From the NCBI GenBank assembly GCA_044892525.1, contig CM097887.1:86840397-86904396 (forward strand): a DNA stretch of 64,000 nucleotides, read 5' to 3'. This DNA comes from Schmidtea polychroa. Taxonomy: Eukaryota. Shown piece by piece: positions 25,060 to 36,515 of this stretch. The position numbers and the translations under genes were made by a program. Positions within the stretch are counted from its first letter, which is position 1, and each line of letters opens with the position of its first letter. The notes under the pieces are model-generated. The model saw nothing but the letters and a program-made list of their open reading frames with translations. It was not told the DNA's origin and did not search any database.

Positions 25060-25480
25060 ACATAAAGACTCAATGGTGTTTCGTCCTGTTATAGTATTCA
25101 AAAAATTCTGGTCAATAGCATGAAAGAGAACCAAATTTTCTTGACATGCTTGCATTTGATTTTCTTGTATCTATGCTTTCAAGAAATGTCGGACAAATCA
25201 ATTGCATAATTTTCTGATTCCAATATCTTCATGTTTTGCATAATTTTCATGCTTACATCAAGTTTAGTTCATTGTACTCTGTTGGTAATTCGTCTCTTCC
25301 TTCACAATAATCTTCAAATTTCTTGTCGCCTATTTCATGAAGTCATCCACTTCTTTCTTCGACAAACACCTTGTTTCTGACAGAGGGAAACTCTAATTCA
25401 ATTATAAATATTGATCCTGCATATTGCTACATTGCCGCATGTTTCATACGGATGTTTTCTTCGAAAGCAAAAACGGATAA
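25060..25480 (-). mobile_element. Mariner transposase remnant
   Basis: Minus-strand QVNFRSVIRFCF (N-terminal HTH) and QACQENLVLFHAIDQNFLNTITG (precedes the first catalytic D); heavily decayed. Confidence 0.55.
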
Positions 25481-26069
25481 CACTACGAAAATTGACTTGC
25501 TGATACATTTTTCAAAAACACGCCACAAACAATGGCAATAGACCTATATCAAACATCAACTAACCACTTAAACAAGGAAAACATTTAGCTAAAAAATCAA
25601 ATCAAATGAAGACGCAAAACAGCTGCACATGTTACATATTAATAAATGCAAAATAAGAAAATTTTCCAATCTATAAAGTGAAATGATTTAAGAATTAGTC
25701 ATTTTTGAAAAAGAATAATTTAAAATATAAAAAGAACTAAGCAATAAAAATAAAGCATAATAAAATCTAAATATAGTTTTAAGCTGAATCCAAACGGGGG
25801 GGCGGACAAATTCTGATTGGTCTAGCGAATACATTCAGTAACAAAAACAAAATATAAGACAAAGATTTCGAGATAATTCTAATGCCTTTTATTCAATTGG
25901 ACTTTATTGCCAAGTTAATCACTAGGAATTCCATAAAAAGGACTTCCCTTTGTTTTATAATTTAATTACTAATTTGAGACTTAATTTTTGTTGTCTTCTC
26001 CAGAATCTGATTATTTCGATAATCATAAATATTTTTGACATAGTTCCCGAATTAAAATACTAATGTAAG

Positions 26070-26480
26070 AGCGAACGCCATATTATCGGCATGGCTGAAA
26101 CACGTCATGCATTTTATCGCAAGTCGAGTTGTCTGTTCCGACAGGTTACTGTCTCAAGGAGACAGGTGATCAGGCATTGGTTTATGGCGCAGACATGATT
26201 ATATTCTCCGATGTCGAAAAAAAAGGATTTTCTTCAGTTCATGCTCCTCAATATACACCAGCATCGAACTGAAAAGTCGAATCGTAAACTCTTTCATGAC
26301 AGAAGACCCTAATATTATACCTTATCACCATTTACCAGATAGTCTCATATGAGATTAATTCTCAAACTGTACCCAAGCAAGCTCGGCAGTCGATCACATA
26401 GAACTCTATCGAGCAGAGTTTGACGCGTCCATGAGACGTAGAAAAGTGAATAAGAACCTACGGGATTCCATCGTCTTCCT
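26070..26480 (+). mobile_element. Possible retroviral-type integrase remnant
   Basis: YGADMIIFSD...QYTPASN*KVE resembles G-P--I-SD and PY-P-SNG-VE; very decayed. Confidence 0.3.
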
Positions 26481-27020
26481 AACTACTCGTCAAGGTTATT
26501 GAACCAATAGTAAAATAATTTTAGACACTGGAAATGATGGAAATAAGAAATAAAAATTAATGAGCATTGTGAACGATGAATGATTGTTCATATTTCGAAG
26601 AAAATTAAAATACTGGATACTAAATGAAATGATGAAGTGGAAAGATTAGCAACAGTAAAGAAAATGTAATAATTGTATACCTGTATTAAAATATGGTGTG
26701 AAGTTATAATGTTGAATGATGACATTGTAAAGGTTGATGATGTAAGTGAAGGCTTAATTGGGGCATTTATAATTACCGAAAATGACGGTTCAATATAATA
26801 AATGACAAATGTTTAGTGATGCATAGTTAACTATCTCGATATCCGTGTAGATTGATCGCTTTATTTTACTGTCCATTTCTTTCATTTCATAATTCAAATA
26901 AAGTAATGCAATATTAATTTGAATCAATATTATTAAATATGTATATATATATATATATATATATTAAAAAGTAAGATTTAACAACAAAAAATTTATTTTA
27001 AAACAATTTTCAAATTCCTT

Positions 27021-30000
27021 TCATTTCGCCCTCAGCTGTAATTCTGAGCCATTGGATAATTTCACAGTTTTTCCATGCTGCAGAAAGAATTGATATTTCA
27101 AATATGCGGATAGAATGGATGAAACTAAATGAGACTGAAATCATAAATTAAAGTGTATATAAGATTAATCCGCATTGAAGGTGAACTATTACTCACTTGA
27201 GCAGCGCAATGTGCCAGAGTGATGGCAAAATAGAAATTCGCATTAGCTGTCCCACTGACCATCCAAAGATAATGCATTAGAGGACCAAGAACAAGGACAC
27301 ACAAGAACATTACAGCTGTCACTGTGCCGAATTTCAAATCTAAACATCAAATATAACAAAATTAAAGAATTATGAGTATCATCATTCAATATGCCAATTA
27401 CATCTGAATAAATGCCGATAAAGTGGAAGCAAAGCCAACATGATCCCTAGCTCACCAATACACGAATATGGTTTCAACACGCAGATTGTCCAAGCAAGAG
27501 TATAAGTCAAAAACACCAAGTCATTCCTGTCAGAGTTAAACGAATTAAAAAAAGAAAATAATTTTTGAATAATTTAAAGCGCAATTGATATTTAAACACT
27601 TTTTAGATTTTATGATAAAATAGATGACATTTTAAAATGGATACAAACTTAACATTTATCCTAGAATGCTTTGTTGTACATTTAGGATAGAATCTTTTAA
27701 TGTGATAATAGTAATTTCTCAAATTACTCTAATCCGGTTTTTGTAGTTCTACAGTAACCGCTTGGAGTATTGCAGAAAATCTAATATTGAAACTCATTCC
27801 GCTAAATTCACGAGCTGAGAAAACTTTAAACCTTTCTCCAATTTAAATTTTACTAAATACAATCAAGGTGGAGTTCAAAATGGGTTAACATCGACTTCAT
27901 TTTCGGTATCCATTAAAAACCAACAAAATTAACTTAAAATTTATTATATAATATATAATAAATTTTAAGTTAATTTTGTTGGTTTTTAATGGATACCGAA
28001 AATGAAGTCGATGTTAACCCATTTTGAACTCCACCTTGATTGTATTTAGTAAAATTTAAATTGGAGAAAGGTTTAAAGTTTTCTCAGCTCGTGAATTTAG
28101 CAGAATGAGTTTCAATATTAGATTTTCTGCAATACTCCAAGCGGTTACTGTAGAACTACAAAAACCGGACACTGTGTTTCTTTATCTGAATATTTAAACA
28201 AATATCTTCGACACTATTCTTCTTTTAATTTTTTTATGTTGATTTCAAGTTTTTTAAATAAGTAGTAATATATATTTTTCAGCTTAATTTAATTTATTAA
28301 TTTAACCCTTTCACTGCGCATTGCTTCTTGAAATTACGTGCCCGTAACAGTTTCCGTAGAGCTTAGCATCATATCACTTCTATCAACAGACCCCATGTTT
28401 TTATTATAATCTAAAATGGAAACTGGCTTCAAAATATTTTTACCGGAGCAGCAAACTATTTTGAAACAATATGCGAATATACTCGTTTGGAGCGTATGTG
28501 GGACGGTTTTTTTTGCGATAATAAATGTGCGGAGCAGCGAAAGGCTTAAAATGTTTATATAAAAATTTATGCAAATCTGATAGATACAATTTAATTATTT
28601 ATTAGTAATTTTCTGTTTTAACTTAAACGTGAATTCTACACTTTTAGAGTGTATTTTTTATTAGAGATTTTGTGAAACGTTCTTGTGAGCAGGTATTTAT
28701 TTTTCTTCCAACAGAAACCATAGTGTAAACCATTGTTTAATGTTATGGATTTAATTAAAAGTCTCTTAGCATTGAGACACACACACTTTCATTATAGGTA
28801 GGTCTTATTTATATTATTAATCTTTAAATCAATGTCCATTTAGCCATCTTCAATCGCCTGTTGGTGTATTATACATGTTCGTGTGTAAATCAATCGATGA
28901 CTTTTTTGTTAGCAATTATTTTACTCAATTTTGTATTAACCAAATATTTTCATTTAATTTATAATTAAGATAAGAACCTAGGTTTTTATATTGGTTTTTG
29001 AAATCTCCAAATATGTAAATTATAGAGCCAAATGAACTGTTTAAAATGAAATTCGTCATCATTTATTTTATTTGCTCGACAACTTATCGAGGATTAATAT
29101 TGAATTCAGTAGATTTAAAATGATGTCATTCCATTCGAAATTTCCACATATCAGGAATTCATGTGTTGTGTTTGTGTGTTAAATTTCTTTTTTCTACCAC
29201 TTTCTCTACACCGCGTTGTTATTGATAGAAACTGCTTATAATATAAAAAAGAATTAATAATTTACAATCGGTAAAATCGAACTTTCTTGACTTTAACTTG
29301 AAATTACTCGATACTCGAGAATAACTTTAATAATTTGTTTTAAACTTTTCCTCCGATCTGAAAATGTTTCCTTCAATAATTTCATAATTCGCTTTGTCTT
29401 CACCTTTGTGTTTCTGTTTTATCGTCTGCATTTTTCTTTTTAAAAATTATGTCTCAATTCAAGCTGTTTCACTTTTATACTCTACCATATAATAGGAATT
29501 ACAGATAATCCTGTCGTTCTTTATTCTGCTTCAAACAAATTTCTTTGGGTCGTCCGTAATTCCTCAGTTATCTCTGGCAAAAATTTAATTTTCAAATTTG
29601 TTTTATTGTTTTTAAATTGTTCTTATTAATTAAGAATGACCTTTTCACGTTTCATTGTTTGATTTTTGCCATTTAGTTTTACTTTTTCAATTTCATCTTA
29701 TTCGTGATTTTCAGAATTCTGTAACAAAATCCCATTTATTTCATATGTTTTTCATATGACAGTTTTGTTCACTCTAATAATTATTTAATTTTATTATTTA
29801 GGTATTTTCAACAAATTCTTTACAAGATTATATATAAAGTTTTTAGAAATTATTGATTTCTAAAATTTTTTATTTTTACTTGTAATCAATATTGTTCAAA
29901 ATATGTAAATTATGCATGTGAATTGCATTTGAATTGTCAGTTGATTTTGAATTTATTTTAAAAATAATAATTATCATAAAATAGGTAAAACAAAAACTAT

Positions 30001-30455
30001 TTAAGATACACAATAATTTAAGACATCAAAAATATTAATCAAATATTAATCAAAAGAAATTTAATGAAAATATAATTAGTATTGATTGCATGAAGATTAA
30101 TTTATAATGATTTTATTCGACTTTATAGATTTATTTATGGCAAGATGAAGATTGCGTTATAATTGAAATTGATAATCTATAAAATTAATAAATTTGTATT
30201 GATTGCATGAATATTTATTAATAATATTTTAAAGATTTATGGAAAGATGAAGATTGCGTTATAATTGAAATTGATAATCTATAAAATTAATAAAGTCATT
30301 ATATAAGTGTATAAATTTTTCAGTCAGATGAACCAAAATTAAAATTCCATAGTTGATAGAAACTGCATTTTATTAATCATAATTATAAAATTATTGCAAA
30401 ATAAATTACTTATAAAATAGATATAAAATTATTAATAAAATAATCAAATTTATGA

Positions 30456-30517
<62 letters not shown>

Positions 30518-33500
30518 CAATTGGTTACTTGTATTTAAATGCTAATCCACCGGAAGCGGAGAATAGTAATATTTGGAATGTGCACTTGAAAAACAAACGG
30601 AAATGGTCGAACATTGTGGCCATCATATACCAATAGAAGTTCATTTGGGGATTGGAATCATCAAGATAGAAGCTATGAATGAGAAACTGGTAATAATTGG
30701 AGATGGAAAAAGCAACTAATGCTCACTGGTGCAAGTAGACATTTGAAATGAATTTACAACCGACCATATATATTGAAATAGCAAGTAATACAAGCAAAAA
30801 TGTTAGAAATGTTGTTAATATTTTTGCAAACGACTGCTTATTCTAGAAAAAAAATGTCAAAGAAATTTATAGGAAAAAAGATTTTTGGTAGAGATCAACA
30901 GATATTGAAAGGCTTTATTTACAAAAATTGTAAGGATAAATTTCTTTAATATTTGTTTTTCATTTATCAAAATTAACCAATTAATAAATGACATGATAAG
31001 CTTTTGTTTTAAGTTTTATTATGAGAGAGAATTTTGGATAAGGAAATCTACTTCATAAAGTTGTTGGGATTTTCAATCTGTGCTACTGTTTTCTCTAATA
31101 TTTATTATCTGCATTTTCATTGGATATAATTCGGGTTCAAATGATTTTAATGATTTCATATTTCACTTTTATTCAGTACGGATATTTTTTGTTGATATCA
31201 AATTTCAATTTTATTGATTTCCAATTTTAATTTTATTGATTTCCAATTTTATTTTTATTGATTTCCAATTTTATTTTTATTGATTTCAGATTAAAAAGAT
31301 TTAAAAAAAATCTGAAATCAATAAAAATGAAAAACTATAAAGAGAATGTATCCTAATGGATAAATGACTGCTAGATTAGAGCTAATGAACAGAGTTGATG
31401 CAGACAAAAATAACATTGCAAAGGATACCAAATTAATGTAAAAGTAGGATATTGAAAATGACTTGCCACCTTGAAACGCTACTTTAGGGAACTTTTATTA
31501 CAAAAATATTAAAATAAAAGTTCATATGTTCATAAAACTTCCTCTATTATGTGTCAAATCAATAAATATGAAATGAAGATTAAGGAAAAAGATAATAAAA
31601 ATAGAATTGTGATTTAACTCATATGATTTATTGGGAATGGAAGTATTTCGATTAAATATACATTTCAATATCTGTTGAAGGGTCCAGGAACAAATTAGGA
31701 ATTATTATAATGAATACCGAATCGTTTTTACCTGCTTTGCTCCAATATATAACACCATTACAAATACAATAGGATAAAAGCTTGAATAGGTCATAAATGC
31801 ACAAAATATGGCAGCAGTGATAAATTGCTCTATAAATAATAATAATAAATAATAATAATAATAATAATAATAAAATAATAAATAAAAAAAGATTTATAAA
31901 AATAAATAATATAATAAATAATTATAATAATAAATAATGAAATTAAATAAAAATAATAATAATAAAAAAATAAATAATAATTAATAATAAAATTAATATT
32001 ATTAATAATTAGTATATAATAACAAAAAGTAATAATTAATACTTATAATAAACAATAATAAAAATTAAATAAAAATAATAATAAATAATTAATAATAATT
32101 TATGCTAACAATAATATCATTATAATTAATCAGTAGAATGTAAAACTTTTATTTCAATTCATAAGATTGATTTAAAAAGTTATTATTACTCTCTCTATAT
32201 AAACTTCGCTGATGTTTGTATGTTTCTATTTGCCACGCAAATTTCGTGAGGCCGAATTAACCTATCGTATATACTCGCGTATAAGTCGATAAACTTACGT
32301 CAAATTTTCAAGTCAAAATAGCCACTTCGACTTATATGCGGGTCAAAAAACGTACAAATTAATTTTTAATGAAATCATTAAACCTTTTTTTATTTTTGTT
32401 ACTTCGACTTATACGCGAGTATATACGGCACTTTCCGTGATTGGATTGAGCTGAAATTTGGCAAGTAGATTCTTTGTCGAGAACACTGTATACTATAAAA
32501 ATTTGAGCTCGATCCGATGACGGAAAGCGGGTTAATTTTAAAAATATTGATACGTCAAATCTAGTGTTATTTCCTTATTTCAATATAAATTCTTATCTAT
32601 TCATTAACTTCGGGTTAAAGAGATAATATATAAGTTTGAACCTTATGGCCATTTAGGTACTCTCATGGCATTGATAACGCATAATGAAATTTTAGTTTTG
32701 AGTGAAATTAAGATTTTCTAAAGCCATGTTTTTATGGCTGATTTTTTTTATTATTATTTTTACTGTATGTTAATGAAAATATCGTTTTATTAAAGGGTTC
32801 CTGATTAAAAAAACCTTTTCACGGGTGAGATAGAATGAGATCTCTATGTAGGTTTTATATCATTTAGTTAATTATATAGATTGTTTATATGAGATTCGTT
32901 AATTAAATTAAATTTATTTCTAATAATTCTTTATTATTTATTAATCAATTAACATTTATGCTATTTTTATCCAATAAAATTTCAACATATAAGTTAAAAA
33001 TAAAAAACCATTATTAGATATGAAAAATAAAAATCCTTACTTTTAACGACTTTTAAAAAAAACAGTAAAAATAGAAAATTATTCAAACAAGTAGTCGACT
33101 GTGATAAAATAGAAATGTTTAAAAATGGATTGAAAACGTGCCTAAATTAAATGTCATAAAGTAATTTTCAATAAATTATTATTCCCCACCAGAAACACAT
33201 CATAATCCTCAAATTTCCAATTGATTTTGAATCGATTACTAGACTTTTTTCTTTGATTTTGCATTTCTCTTGGTCTTTTACAAATGTTGAAATTATTTCA
33301 TTTGCCAATTTCAGTGAAACGTAAATGCACAAAATATCAATAACCTGTGTATTATAAATTACACACTATATAATTAAAATTTCTTACACAAAGAGCGAGA
33401 AATTGAAACTCAGGTGACAAGCCTAAAATTATTCTCCAAAATACAAGAATTATAGGAGGCTGAAAAAATAATAAAAATTTAGTAAAATTTAAAATTTAAA

Positions 33501-33750
33501 TTACTTGATGAATGGAATCTCCATCATAAGTAGGCAATCCAGCTTTGTGCAATGCATCAAATTCAAGAACTTAAAAAAATTAAAAACAATTTAAAGAAAA
33601 ATTTGATATTTTACTAGTTTCCCAAGAATCTGTAGAAGAATAAGAAAGACTAACCGTTGAATGGATGCTCACATATTTACGAAAAATAACTTTAATTATT
33701 AATCCTAATAATATAAGCAAAAATTCAGAAACGTTTAAATTCCTTTTCAT
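27021..33750 (-). CDS. PIGU: GPI transamidase subunit PIG-U (422 aa, 11 exons)
   Basis: Exons 33750-33615, 33569-33505, 33459-33388, 33344-33190, 33141-33041, 31829-31732, 30842-30727, 30672-30529, 27526-27402, 27339-27197 and 27134-27021 total 1269 nt in frame. Motifs GLPTYDGDSIHQPP, VFNPF, TYSSFYP, NPQMNFYWYMMATMFDHF, KPYSCIGE, HYLWMVSGTANANFYFAITL. Confidence 0.93.
27733..28169. repeat. Long spacerless inverted repeat (218-bp arms, 1 mismatch)
   Basis: Positions pair with sum 55902 around centre 27951. The only mismatch found is C27800:A28102. Confidence 0.95.
28306..28545. mobile_element. piggyBac MITE
   Basis: TTAA on both sides; TIRs ccctttcactgc / gcagcgaaaggc. Confidence 0.75.
30130..30295. 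repeat. Local direct duplication (about 102-bp period); also a 22-bp tandem at about 31205-31290
   Basis: tttatgg.aagatgaagattgcgttataattgaaattgataatctataaaattaataaa occurs twice; ttttattgatttccaatt.. occurs 4 times. Confidence 0.8.
32233..32625. mobile_element. DINE-1/Helentron-like non-autonomous repeat, copy 1 (interrupted by a MITE)
   Basis: Internal inverted repeat attaacc..ctttccgtgattggattgagctgaaattt / aaatttgagctcgatccgatgacggaaagcgggttaat. Second copy at about 52680-53215. Family assignment is by resemblance only. Confidence 0.5.
32265..32428. mobile_element. Tc2/pogo-type MITE
   Basis: TIR cgtatatactcgcgtataagtcga at both ends; TA on the left, CA on the right. Truncated inverted copy at about 48255-48315. 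Confidence 0.85.
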
Positions 33751-33928
33751 TTATATTTCAATATCAAAATTTAAAAAAGATTTTTAACAAATTTATAATT
33801 TTGTATGAATTAACAAATTAAAAGAAAAAAGATTTTTAATCAATTAATCAAGTGTTACGAATTTAATATAGCAATTTAGATAATTTTATATCCAAAATTT
33901 TTTATTTCATAAAAACTTAAATTGAAAC

Positions 33929-33973
<45 letters not shown>

Positions 33974-36445
33974 GGATTCTAAAAATTTAATAACAGTTAA
34001 ATCCAACTCGGTTTTAAGAATCTTCAAATCTGACATAATACAAGTTTTTAATTTTCCACAAAAACGTGCCAACTCACTTATTTAAACAAATTCAAATATC
34101 TAAATCTCCCTTTCTTAAGAATTTTTCCACTATTTCAGCCACTCGATTCTTCTTTCTTTCGTTTCTTCTTGTGAATGTTGTTCGACTCGAGGTAATAGAA
34201 ATCTGACAATTTTATATAAGCCATCGTATTACATACCATCCTTGTGCCTGATCTGCGATTCTTTACGTACGAGTACGTCCTTCCCCACCTTGAAAACACG
34301 AGTGCCCCTCTTTGTCTTATACAGAGCTCACATAGTGTCTGCGGCTTTACTCGAGTTAATCTCGCGTCTTCAATTTCTTTCGCTTTTTGATATCTCAGCT
34401 TGTTTCAGGTTAGAGTGTAGGTTTACACTTCGTCCTATAAATTATCTCAAATGATGATAAACCTGTAGCACTGTCGACTGCTATTTATAGTGAACTCAAT
34501 TCTGGGTAGAGGTACGTGCCAGTTTCTCTCTTCACATTCACCTACCAATGTTGCTGTAATAAGATCTCGTATCGTTCACATGTCTTGTTCAGTTAAATCA
34601 TTTGATTGGGGCCGATAAGGTGAGCTGAATTCCTGTTTGATTCCAAGCTTTTGTAACTTTTGTCTTAGAAAGTTCCCTTCGAAATTGCGGCATCTATCTG
34701 TTAAAATGCTCTACGGTTTTCCGAATCGATAGATCCAACTATTAAGTATCGATTTGAAAAATTTCCCTTCGTCTTGCTTTGTGAATGCATTTAAAGAAAT
34801 CAGTTTGCTAAACCGGTCCACCATTACTACCATATTTTTATGGCGTTTATTTTCATGTAAGCCACATCTATAAAAAATTGTTCTAGAAATTCAGAGCTAT
34901 ATCTAGGAATAAATGTTTCCTTGGTTCTTGTCTGATTGATCTTTCTCTTAGAGCAGATCTCGCAACATCGTTAACAGAGTTTGCTTTCATTAACTCTTTT
35001 ATCAGCTCTTCAATTCTTTTCTCCATGTGCATTGGTTGACGTCGAGGATATTGCATTATTGGGCCTCCTGTTATCCGTATCTCATGTCGAACTAAAGTTT
35101 GTAAATCCCAGATCAAATTTCGATGCCATAAAAATTGCGCCGTATTCCCTGATAATTCCTTCAATATCTTTACTATTCTTACCTGCCATCACTACTAGTG
35201 CTTTATTTATTTTTCTTCATCAGTGTAGATTTTGTTTATCAATGTCGTTTCTATATTATTGAATTTCACTACTTTTACTCCTGTTGGGCTAGAACTGATT
35301 TCTAAACCAAAGTTAGGAATGGGACGAAATGTGTCAGTACACAACACGCATACCCAGCATTAAGTTTACTTGAATAAAAATATATAAAACACTAAGTAAA
35401 CAATGATAATAGAGAGATAATATACTCAAAAATAAAACATCTGAATTAAAAATAAAATAAAACTCGACCAAGAAGTATTACACGAAAACTTACTCAAATA
35501 TAACCGAAAGACGTAACACAACAAAAACAAATTCGAATAAAGGCGATTAGTTAAATTAAAAAAAAGAAAATTAAAGAAAATCTCCATAAAATCTTACGTA
35601 TCGAAAATTATATCAAAATTTTGTATAAAAATCCAGAACAAATCATAAAAATGGCGAAATCCATTATGACCGCCAAATGACCCAATAAAATTTATAAAAA
35701 ATAAATATTTTAGTTTAAAATATAAAAATTTTAGAAAAGAAATCATAAAAAACAATTTAAAAATAAGAAATAGATTAAATTTAACATGGAATGTTCTGGA
35801 AATGCTGAAATCCATCATGGAGGCAAATTTAATAAGAAATAATTCAAAAATAAAATTACAAAAATAAAAAAAAATTCTTACTGAAAAATCGCCATCAAAA
35901 TCGAAAAAAATTAAAAATCGAATGTTCGAGAATTAAAAGAATTCGAGTTTGTTTTAATACATCAATACATACATGTGTACTTGCATACAGAAAATAGGTA
36001 TATATACCAACGCATTTCAGTCACAAAAACACTCTTTTATGCCAAAAACCTTTTGACTCTAATTGGAACCACTACAGAAGCTAACAGTAAGGAAATTTTA
36101 TTGCATTATGTCAACGGTGGGGAAATGCGGCTCTTCGTTGAGTAAACTGCGGCTCTTTGATAATTGAATTTTTGATAATTGAATTTGAAAATTGAATTCG
36201 ATTTTTTTATTTTGAAATTTTTTCAACTGAATTTTTAAAAAAAAATTTTTTGTTGCAATTGTATTTTCATGGTTAGTTCATTTTTACCTGTGTCACAAAA
36301 TAGGTGTAAACAGAATTAAAATTTATAGTGTCATTCGATGGCGGTATTTAGAATCAAAATTTAATATTTCCTTATTACATTCTACCTTGTTTGATTCTTT
36401 TTATAAGCAATATTTAAATAATACATGTCTCACTACACTATATAC

Positions 36446-36515
36446 CAGGGGTGGGCAAGTGCGGCTCTTTGATGAGCCATGTGGCTCTCTAGGACCTCAT
36501 GCGTGCCCACCCCTG
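36446..36515. mobile_element. 70-bp hAT-type end pair
   Basis: TIR caggggtgggca / tgcccacccctg with gcggctc subterminal motifs; no TSD seen. Confidence 0.55.
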
